This document shows positions 35,251-42,168 of a stretch of 42,168 nt of DNA, in pieces. The position numbers were made by a program, and so were the translations under genes. The DNA is from an uncultured Candidatus Poseidoniales archaeon. GTDB taxonomy: Archaea > Thermoplasmatota > Poseidoniia > Poseidoniales > Thalassarchaeaceae. Where the stretch lies: assembly GCA_964644485.1 (NCBI GenBank), contig CAZXVR010000001.1, forward strand, positions 1-42,168. The letters are read 5' to 3'. Position 1 is the stretch's first letter, and every line of letters begins with the position of its first letter. The notes beneath the pieces were generated by a model. The model saw only the letters and a program-made list of their open reading frames with translations, was not told the DNA's origin and did no database searches.

Positions 35251-36210
35251 ACCCAATAGCGGAAGCAAAACGCTGGCATCTCCTTCCACGGTCACCTGCG
35301 GGGCTTCGGGACGAATTTTCCCCCATGATATGGCTTCTTTCAACCGGGCCCCTGAGAGGCTCCCATCGTGTTCTGGTGCAGTTGTAATTCCAACCGCAGA
35401 GTCCAACCCCTCTCGATATTGGTTCCACCAAATGACGTGGTGCTTTGAAATTCCCCCGCCGACCATCAACGCGTGGCTCTCTTTGCATGTCCAAGTCAAA
35501 TCGGATAAGACCTGTTCATCTGCCAAGAAATCAATCATGAAATCAGGACTCCGCTGACGGTGCATGAATAACTGAGCACCAATCGAGCCATCAGATAAGC
35601 CAGGTATTACAATCGGAATACGATGCTTTGCAGCCCAATACAACAAACTGTTTTCATCATCAATACGATCACCGAAAGCCCAACACAATTCGATACTTCC
35701 AAAACCTCTCCACGGGTTTTCGGGATGGGATATTTTCCGTTCTTCTTCAATTTCTTCAAGCCAAGGCAGGACCGATTTTTCTAGGATATCACCATAGCAC
35801 TCATTGGGCACAATCACATTACCCAACCGGTTTAGGCCCTGTTCGCCGAGTTCTACATCATCTAACTCAAAGGCACCGTGGTAGTATGATTGGAATGTCC
35901 GAGCAATGTCGTGGTCAAGCGTACCACATGTTGTGATGATGACGTTGTATGCCCTGCGTTTTATCGCTTCGACAAAAAATCCGCGAGTTCCAGTTGCGCA
36001 TAGACAAGCTGGGAACGAAAGCCAATTCAGGACTCCCTCATCCTGGGATTTTGAGATCGCATCCCTGAGGACATCTCTTGCATGTGCGAGTTTCGTTGCA
36101 GTAAATCCTCCCGCGTTTCCCATCTGGTCAATCAGTGAGGGGATATCACTGATAGTTGCAAAATCGTAGTCTTCGACAGGTACGTCGAAATCTTCGCGCT
36201 TTACTGACAT
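35233..36210 (-). CDS. dys: Deoxyhypusine synthase
   Basis: VIITTCGTLDHDIAR, GGGISKHHVIWWN and AVGITTAPEHDGSLSGARLKEAISWGKI match the DHS C-terminal signature. Start moved to ATG 36210 (MSVKREDFD...); the longer ORF overlaps the uvrB 3' end. Confidence 0.88.
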   Translation of the reverse strand: MSVKREDFDVPVEDYDFATISDIPSLIDQMGNAGGFTATKLAHARDVLRDAISKSQDEGVLNWLSFPACLCATGTRGFFVEAIKRRAYNVIITTCGTLDHDIARTFQSYYHGAFELDDVELGEQGLNRLGNVIVPNECYGDILEKSVLPWLEEIEEERKISHPENPWRGFGSIELCWAFGDRIDDENSLLYWAAKHRIPIVIPGLSDGSIGAQLFMHRQRSPDFMIDFLADEQVLSDLTWTCKESHALMVGGGISKHHVIWWNQYREGLDSAVGITTAPEHDGSLSGARLKEAISWGKIRPEAPQVTVEGDASVLLPLLGSDLFG

Positions 36211-36259
36211 GGGAACACCTTGGCGACCTATGACTATCACTTGAACTGACGGGTTGAAT

Positions 36260-36297
36260 ATATCAATTAGAATTTGAGTTTTCCAATTGGAAAATTC
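36260..36297. promoter_or_regulatory. Bipartite CAATTG-core element, copy C
   Basis: CAATTA at 36264-36269 and CAATTG at 36284-36289, 20 bp apart: gttttCCAATTGGAAAATtc. It overlaps the last 10 codons and the stop of uvrB. CCAATTGG lies 73 nt from the dys ATG (36210). Confidence 0.5.
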
Positions 36298-38569
36298 TAT
36301 CTCGTAGACGTGCTGCATTTTCAAAGTCGAGTCGTTCTGCTGATTGATTCATTTCTTTCCTCAATCTCTCAATCAGTTGTGCCTTTGAGTCAAATTCTTC
36401 AGTGTTCACATCGGTATCATCGGGTTGAGATAAATTCGACAGAACGTTGTCTCCCCATGCGCCTGCACCAAGATTGAATTTCTTGATTAGATCACTTTCT
36501 TTGTCCTTTCCAGTTTGTCCAGTGAAACCTCCGACGAATCTTTTTCCACCAGTCACACCTTTCCCTGCAGTCCCTGCCAGCAATTGTTCAGCCTCAATTC
36601 CCATCACAGGCAGTGGCTTCTCAATTGTTTTTGGAGTGATTCCATTCTGTTCGTTGTATGCGATTTGTCTTTCTCTTCGTTCAATCGTTTGAGATATTGC
36701 GGACTCCATGGCTCGACCCATGGTGTCAGCATAGAGGATTACGCGGCCGTTCTGGTTTCGAGATGCTCGTCCAATCGTTTGCAGCAGGCTTCTTTCATTG
36801 CGTAGAAATCCTTCTTTGTCAGCATCAAAAATTGCCACTAGACTTACTTCAGGAATGTCCAGGCCTTCGCGTAATAGATTGATTCCCACAATAACATCAA
36901 TGTGTCCAATTCGAAGCGCTTTGATGATTTCACTTCGCTCCAACGTGTCGATTTCAGAATGGAGATAGTGCGCTTTCACACCCATTCTCTGAAGGTAATC
37001 TGCAACCTCTTCTGCGAACTTGATTGTCATCACTGTAACCAGTATCCTTTCATTTCTCTTAGCACATGTTGTAATTTCATCCAACAAATCCTGAACCTGG
37101 CCTTCCGTAGGTCTGACTTCAATTTCAGGATCGAGTAATCCCGTGGGGCGAATTTCCATTTTCGAAATCCCTTGTATTTCACCTAGGGCATCTTTCAGCA
37201 ATGGTTTCCGCTTTGCCTTTGGGTCGTTTTCTTGAATGGACTGGCCAGTCACTTCGCAAAGTTGTCGTAATTCCCGTTCACCTGGTGTGGCACTCACATA
37301 GAGCATCTGGGGGACCAATGCTTGGAATTCGTGGGCCTTCAATGGTCTATTATCTGCAGCAGAGGGTAGCCTGAACCCATGTTCAATGAGATTTTCTTTT
37401 CGTGAGCGATCACCATGATACATCCCTCCCAATTGAGGTAATGTGACGTGGCTCTCATCCATGATAACAAGGAATTTTTCTTTTGAGCCATGGAACGTTT
37501 GTGCACAGGCTGCAAAGAAATCCAGTAGGCAGTAAGGGCGTTCACCAAAATCGCGGCCATCGAAGTGCATGGAATAATTCTCGACACTGCGACAATGCCC
37601 GATTTCACGCAACATATCCAAATCGTAACGCGTCTTGGATTCGAGACGGTGTGCTTCTAAGTCCATCCCAGCTCTTTCGAAAAAGTCCAATCTCTGTTGA
37701 AGCTCGAATTCAATGTCCTCAAGGGCTCTTTCAAATCGATCTGGACCAGTCATAAAGAACTCCTTTGGGTGAATCCACACCTCTTCAATTTCATCAACAG
37801 TTTCCCATGATACCGCTTCACAAACTTGGATTCTAGTGATTCCATCTAGATCAAATTGGATCCGGATGGGGTCATCTCTACTCGGCATCCAAAGATCGAG
37901 AACTTCACCCCGCAGTCGCAATTCGCCCCGCGAAATTTCTCCCGTAACGCGCCGATATTGAAGCGCAACCAATTCCTTGACAACCTCCCGGGGGTCCACT
38001 TCTTGTCCGACATGTAGTCGGGCGTGTTGCTGCAGAAATGTTTCAGGTGGGTTGAGTCCGTAAATTGCAGATACTGTGGCTACGACAAGAACGTCAGGGC
38101 GTGAAACAAGTGATGCGACAGTAGAGAACCTCTCTTGCTCAATCCGCTCATTCAATGACAACTCTTTCTCGATGTACAGGTCTCTTTTCGGTAGGTAGGC
38201 TTCAGGTTGATAGTAGTCATAATGCGACACGAAATATTCGACCGCATTCTTTGGGAACAAACCCGACATCTCCTGCCATAGTTGCCGGGATAGTGTTTTG
38301 TTGTGCGATAGAATCAGTGTTGGAATATTCAACGTTTGGATGATGTTCGCCATCGCGAATGTTTTACCCGACCCGGTAACGCCTAACATCACACATCTTG
38401 ATTGAGTATTTCTCAATTGAGAAACAGATTTTTCAATTGCAGATTCTTGGTCACCAGCCACTCCATATTCTGAATGAAGTTCAAACCTTGAAATCGAGGG
38501 GTCGAGGTGGGCTTTTGCCGCGCCTTCAAGTGCCTTTGAGAGATCAAATGGGTCCACATCATCACTCAT
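36263..38569 (-). CDS. uvrB: Excinuclease ABC subunit B (UvrB)
   Basis: GVTGSGKTFAMANIIQ (Walker A), FVSHYDYYQPEAY, DESHVT, GINLLREGLDIPEVSLV, QTIGRASRN, and C-terminal LDFENAARLRDRI. The ATG at 38569 overlaps the ubiA-like stop (ATGA). Confidence 0.95.
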   Translation of the reverse strand: MSDDVDPFDLSKALEGAAKAHLDPSISRFELHSEYGVAGDQESAIEKSVSQLRNTQSRCVMLGVTGSGKTFAMANIIQTLNIPTLILSHNKTLSRQLWQEMSGLFPKNAVEYFVSHYDYYQPEAYLPKRDLYIEKELSLNERIEQERFSTVASLVSRPDVLVVATVSAIYGLNPPETFLQQHARLHVGQEVDPREVVKELVALQYRRVTGEISRGELRLRGEVLDLWMPSRDDPIRIQFDLDGITRIQVCEAVSWETVDEIEEVWIHPKEFFMTGPDRFERALEDIEFELQQRLDFFERAGMDLEAHRLESKTRYDLDMLREIGHCRSVENYSMHFDGRDFGERPYCLLDFFAACAQTFHGSKEKFLVIMDESHVTLPQLGGMYHGDRSRKENLIEHGFRLPSAADNRPLKAHEFQALVPQMLYVSATPGERELRQLCEVTGQSIQENDPKAKRKPLLKDALGEIQGISKMEIRPTGLLDPEIEVRPTEGQVQDLLDEITTCAKRNERILVTVMTIKFAEEVADYLQRMGVKAHYLHSEIDTLERSEIIKALRIGHIDVIVGINLLREGLDIPEVSLVAIFDADKEGFLRNERSLLQTIGRASRNQNGRVILYADTMGRAMESAISQTIERRERQIAYNEQNGITPKTIEKPLPVMGIEAEQLLAGTAGKGVTGGKRFVGGFTGQTGKDKESDLIKKFNLGAGAWGDNVLSNLSQPDDTDVNTEEFDSKAQLIERLRKEMNQSAERLDFENAARLRDRIFQLENSNSN

Positions 38570-39417
38570 GCAGCAATCAACCCTCCAAGCAAAACCCAAC
38601 CTGTGAGGACACTTGTGTAGAAGAAGGTCTTCTGAAAATCACCTAATTTGTTTTGTCCGATGATGACTCCAATGTTTATCAGAGACATGATGAGCGCAGC
38701 CCCTAGAAATGAGAATTCTTCGATGGGGTTGGCAATGGCAAAACATGCGAACCACAAGAGCGTAAATTGTACACTTGTTCGGAGGGTATGTTGTCTTCCA
38801 AATCGTGCTGGGAATGATTGGATACCATGTTCACGATCGCTTTCGACATCCATTAGGGCATAATTGAGATCAAATGCAGCAATCCAAAACATCACGCCTA
38901 GGCAAATCCAGAAAATTGTTGGATACCAATGCCATTCTGTGATGGCCGCCCAACCCAAATCAGATCCGACAATTCCGAGCCATGCTCCGGCAGGTGCTAG
39001 ACCCAAACACAATCCCAGCCAGAGATGGCAAGCCCAAGTGACTCTTTTCGTGTATGGATAGATTACGAAAGCCATGACTGGGAGCCAACTCATTGCGAGT
39101 GCCACCACATTCAACTGCCAAGCTCCGATCAGTAGCATTGCTAGGAATATTCCTCCCAGTAACCATGCAGTATTCATCTTCATGGCCCCAGTTGCCAGAT
39201 GTCGGTTGGCTGTTCTGGGATTTTTTGTATCGATGTCTCGATCAATGATCCGATTGAGCGTCATTGCCAAACCACGGGCACCAACGGCTGCAATCAAAAT
39301 CCAAACGAGTTGAATCACAGTCGGGTCGCCTGCAATCCAGGCTCCAATGAACACAAATGGTAGGGAGAACAGTGTGTGCTCTATTTTCACAAATTCGAGG
39401 ATATTCTTCACACCCAA
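38566..39417 (-). CDS. UbiA-family aromatic prenyltransferase
   Basis: ARGLAMTLNRIIDRDIDTKNPRTANRHLATG (NxxxDxxxD motif) and about 8 TM helices. It overlaps the upstream UbiD-like gene by 10 nt. Confidence 0.85.
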   Translation of the reverse strand: MGVKNILEFVKIEHTLFSLPFVFIGAWIAGDPTVIQLVWILIAAVGARGLAMTLNRIIDRDIDTKNPRTANRHLATGAMKMNTAWLLGGIFLAMLLIGAWQLNVVALAMSWLPVMAFVIYPYTKRVTWACHLWLGLCLGLAPAGAWLGIVGSDLGWAAITEWHWYPTIFWICLGVMFWIAAFDLNYALMDVESDREHGIQSFPARFGRQHTLRTSVQFTLLWFACFAIANPIEEFSFLGAALIMSLINIGVIIGQNKLGDFQKTFFYTSVLTGWVLLGGLIAA

Positions 39418-41249
39418 TTTCGAACCTCCCGTTCATACCATTCATCGACCTTTTCCTGTATCTCCGAATCATGGATGCAGACTGCTGGCCATCTTCGCAC
39501 AGGCACCCCACCTTCATTCGAAGGAATAGGGGCTGTAGCATCCCAACAAATCCTATCCCTCTCCGGAGAATAGTGTAAATCTCGACTCACTTCAAATCGA
39601 CAAAATAGCTGCCACAACAATACTCTCATTGCATCATCAGAATCCAAATCGACGCTATCATCAGTGATGAAAATCCAACGTAAATCATTCGATTTATCCA
39701 ATTGCCAAATTGAATTTCTCAATTGCTTTATTTGTTCTCTTTGTTGTTGGGCTGCCTCTTCATTGGGTTGTTCTGTGTTCACCGATTCTGAAGGCCCCTC
39801 TTCGATTCGAGTTGTTACGACCAGCATAGAAGGGCGAATCCAGCGGTATTGGGATATCCCTTCGATGCCTTCTAGAGTCATATTGGGTGCATCTTGTGCT
39901 CGCGGTGTTGACGCATCAATGAGGAGTTTGGAATGAACACCTTCGTATGGCGCTGCATGCGCCAATTGATCCGCGACCATTCCATCAAGTACTACTAAAT
40001 CATCTGGGATTGAAACGTTTTGATCTAACACGTCAAGCAGTGCACCCAAATCCTTGACGTCATGCTCGGGACCTGTGGCGACGATGGTTTTGAGGAACAT
40101 CATTTGGCCAGCCCCCCACAATCCAAGTGCAGTTTTGCGTGCTTGTGCCGGGTATCGTTGCTTAGAGGAAACGATTGCGAGATTGTGAAAACCAGTTTCC
40201 AATGGGAGGAATAGATTTCTCACATCCCGGTGCTGGAATCTTAACACGGGTAGGAAGGCGTCTCCAATGGCCTCACCTAGGTATCCATCCTCCATCGGTG
40301 GTTTACCTACAATGGTCATTGGTATCACGGCATTTTTCCGATGGGTAATTGCAGTCACATGTAGAACGGGGAATTCCCCCTCCAGAGAATAATGACCAAA
40401 GTGATCACCAAATGGCCCCTCCTCTCTTGTTTCACCGGGTATTGTATAGCCTTCAATGACCACATCAGCTTCGGCTGGTACCCACAAATCTTGTGTCAAA
40501 CATTTGGTGATTCGAAGTCGCCTTCCCCCCAATAATCCAGCAAACATGTATTCTTCTAGATTGTCGGGAAGGGGAGCGATTGCGCTGAACATCAATTCGG
40601 GCGGCCCACCTAAGCAAATCGCTACAGGCATTTTCCCGTCACTTGCTGCAGCATGTTCGGCTCCATGTTTGTGCATTTGCCAGTGTAATCCAACTTCCTT
40701 CGGTCCGAAAACTTGGGCGCGATACATCCCCAAATTGTATTCATCTGTTGACGGATCTTTAGTAACGACCAACGGGAGTGTGATAAACGGCCCACCGTCC
40801 ATTGGCCAAGTTGTAGGAATCGGTAATTTTGTCACGTCGGGTTCAGTCATCCGAACCTCTTGGCATGCTCCCCTACGGACCTTTTTGGGTGGTAGTGAGA
40901 GGGCTTTTTTGGCCAATGGCCATGCTTTCCAAGGTCGCTTTGCAAATGTTCCGATATCAGGTTTCATGAGGTCGGTTAGGCGTTCTCCAATCTCGCTTGG
41001 TTTTTCGACTCGTAGGGCTTGATTTGTTCGCCTCCTAGTCCCAAAAAGATTCATCGCCAATGGGAATTCTGAGATTGACCCATCTGCCAATATCGGTTGC
41101 TCAAAAATGACTGCCGGGCCACCATTCTTGACCAGTTTGTCGGCAATGCACCCCGCCTCAAGATAGCAATCCACGGGTTCGCTGATTCGAATAAGATCCG
41201 CCTTGTCTTCCAAAGAGCGGAGGTAGCGTGCCAGTCGGCGCCATCCCAT
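39408..41249 (-). CDS. UbiD-family (prenyl-FMN-dependent) decarboxylase with a C-terminal extension
   Basis: LRSLEDKADLIRISEPVDCYLEAGCIADKL, PAVIFE, GPFITLPLVVTKDP, NLGMYR, HWQMHKHG, GPFGDHFGHY. Start placed at ATG 41249 (MGWRRLARYL...) so that it does not overlap the divergent reductase gene. About 130 residues extend beyond the usual UbiD core. Confidence 0.88.
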   Translation of the reverse strand: MGWRRLARYLRSLEDKADLIRISEPVDCYLEAGCIADKLVKNGGPAVIFEQPILADGSISEFPLAMNLFGTRRRTNQALRVEKPSEIGERLTDLMKPDIGTFAKRPWKAWPLAKKALSLPPKKVRRGACQEVRMTEPDVTKLPIPTTWPMDGGPFITLPLVVTKDPSTDEYNLGMYRAQVFGPKEVGLHWQMHKHGAEHAAASDGKMPVAICLGGPPELMFSAIAPLPDNLEEYMFAGLLGGRRLRITKCLTQDLWVPAEADVVIEGYTIPGETREEGPFGDHFGHYSLEGEFPVLHVTAITHRKNAVIPMTIVGKPPMEDGYLGEAIGDAFLPVLRFQHRDVRNLFLPLETGFHNLAIVSSKQRYPAQARKTALGLWGAGQMMFLKTIVATGPEHDVKDLGALLDVLDQNVSIPDDLVVLDGMVADQLAHAAPYEGVHSKLLIDASTPRAQDAPNMTLEGIEGISQYRWIRPSMLVVTTRIEEGPSESVNTEQPNEEAAQQQREQIKQLRNSIWQLDKSNDLRWIFITDDSVDLDSDDAMRVLLWQLFCRFEVSRDLHYSPERDRICWDATAPIPSNEGGVPVRRWPAVCIHDSEIQEKVDEWYEREVRNWV

Positions 41250-41347
41250 GGTCGGGGGAAACGTTCCCCCTATCAAATCCAACGGGCGTGCGCCGGTGCC
41301 TACGGCACCGAGGCATTCAAGGCCCGTATCGACTGTATCCCCCTCCA

Positions 41348-42168
41348 ATGGCATCCGAGTGTGACGTCCTCGTCGTCGGGGCAGGACCCGGTGGAGGTGC
41401 TGCAGCGTTGCATGCAGCTAGGGCCGGATTAACGGTCATCCTCATCGAGGATCACGCTGAAATCGGCACACCGGTTCACTGTGGTGAATGCTTGTCCGAC
41501 ATCGCCGTCGCCAATTTGGAATTGGACCTGCCAGCATCAGTCATCAGCAAGCGGGTTGATGGGATTCGGGTCATCTTCCCAGACGGCACTGAAAAGAAAT
41601 TATCTGAACCTGGATATGTTCTTGAAAAACACCTGTTTGAACAGTGGATTGCTGATGAAGCAGTAGCTGAAGGGGCGACCTTGAATTTGGGTCATAAATT
41701 AACAGGGATGAGTCGAATTGATTCGGATGGGAAATTTTCAGGTTGGCTGTGTGAAGGCAAGGGCGATGCTTTCCCCATCAAGGCAAAAATTCTAATCGAT
41801 GCATCAGGTGTTGCAGGTGTTTGTTCAAAACTCACCAAACTCAACGAACGGCCGAAGGTGATTGCAGGTATTCAATACGAAATGCATGACGTACCCACAG
41901 ATGGGTATCTTGATTTCTACATCTGGCCCAAATATGCGAAGAAGGGTTATCTTTGGATGATTCCAAAGTGTGATGGCCGTGCGAATGTTGGACTCGTAAG
42001 CGAGGACAAGAAAGGCCTAGTGAAAGACCTAGATGCGTTTATCGATATTACACATTTTTCAGATCTTGAAATCACAAATCCCCCTTGGCGAGATGGCTCG
42101 ATGTCTGTCAGAGGATTTGGGGGAACCATCCCAATTTCTGGTCCACATGAGCGAACCTATGCAGACGG
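41348..42168 (+). CDS. Geranylgeranyl reductase family FAD-dependent oxidoreductase (3'-truncated by window edge)
   Basis: This ORF is absent from the supplied track because there is no stop in the window. Frame 2 from ATG 41348 reads MASECDVLVVGAGPGGGAAALHAARAGLTVILIEDHAEIGTPVHCGE... (GxGxxG dinucleotide fold), then ILIDASGV and RANVGLV. It stays open to position 42168. Confidence 0.85.
   Translation, partial: MASECDVLVVGAGPGGGAAALHAARAGLTVILIEDHAEIGTPVHCGECLSDIAVANLELDLPASVISKRVDGIRVIFPDGTEKKLSEPGYVLEKHLFEQWIADEAVAEGATLNLGHKLTGMSRIDSDGKFSGWLCEGKGDAFPIKAKILIDASGVAGVCSKLTKLNERPKVIAGIQYEMHDVPTDGYLDFYIWPKYAKKGYLWMIPKCDGRANVGLVSEDKKGLVKDLDAFIDITHFSDLEITNPPWRDGSMSVRGFGGTIPISGPHERTYAD

Noticed and set aside
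38409-38440. Perfect 16-nt palindrome tttctcaattgagaaa plus a second CAATTG 20 bp away, inside uvrB
   Set aside because: It lies in the coding sequence (AIEKSVSQLRN region), so codon constraints could contribute. I cite it as a fourth copy of the bipartite element but do not annotate it as an independent regulatory feature. A similar pair at 39699/39720 inside the UbiD-like gene has 21-bp spacing and was not counted.
40456-41022. 188-aa plus-strand ORF
   Set aside because: Antisense to the motif-rich UbiD-like gene. The same reasoning applies to 26354..26935 (antisense to MoxR), 31635..32300 (antisense to prs/tRNA), 6384..6905 (antisense to tuf/rps10) and 14020..14436 (antisense to the giant gene tail and tRNA-Leu).
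1-42168. Search for CRISPR arrays, rRNA genes, IS/transposase or integrase genes, and inteins in polB/infB/uvrB
   Set aside because: No regularly spaced direct repeats, rRNA-like sequence or transposase/integrase-like ORFs were seen. polB (835 aa), aIF5B (598 aa) and UvrB have contiguous motifs without intein-sized insertions.

Overview
The window is an archaeal chromosomal segment. Diagnostic genes are aEF-1alpha, aIF5B, L7Ae/S28e/L24e, SRP19, family-B DNA polymerase, a GINS-like protein and deoxyhypusine synthase. The giant surface proteins and the gene mix suggest a Thermoplasmatota / Marine-Group-II-like lineage, but that is only a guess. I support 33 protein-coding genes (two truncated by the window edges) and 2 tRNAs (Leu-CAA, Ile-GAU). 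I saw no rRNA, CRISPR array, IS element or prophage. Housekeeping blocks: srp19, ilvE, polB, tuf-rps10, the conserved rpl7ae-rps28e-rpl24e-ndk-infB cluster, prs, dys, uvrB, a UbiD/UbiA pair and a geranylgeranyl reductase. Accessory-looking content sits between them: (1) a 2061-aa membrane-anchored surface protein; (2) a P1B metal ATPase / ArsR / CxxC-rich zinc-ribbon / CDP-alcohol phosphatidyltransferase string; (3) an 860-aa hyper-charged E/R/K helical protein next to an extracellular WD40 + thrombospondin-type-3-repeat membrane protein; (4) a MoxR / ParA (SegA-like) / ribbon-helix-helix / 86-aa string; (5) a lower-GC gene encoding a tandem-duplicated, single-chain PvuII-like nuclease with no methyltransferase nearby. 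At the DNA level the clearest unexplained signal is a recurrent bipartite element with two CAATTG cores exactly 20 bp apart, one half being CCAATTGGAAAAT. It occurs at gene boundaries, and degenerate copies cluster in one AT-rich 257-bp divergent intergenic region. All functional calls rest on motif recognition by eye; no database search was run.
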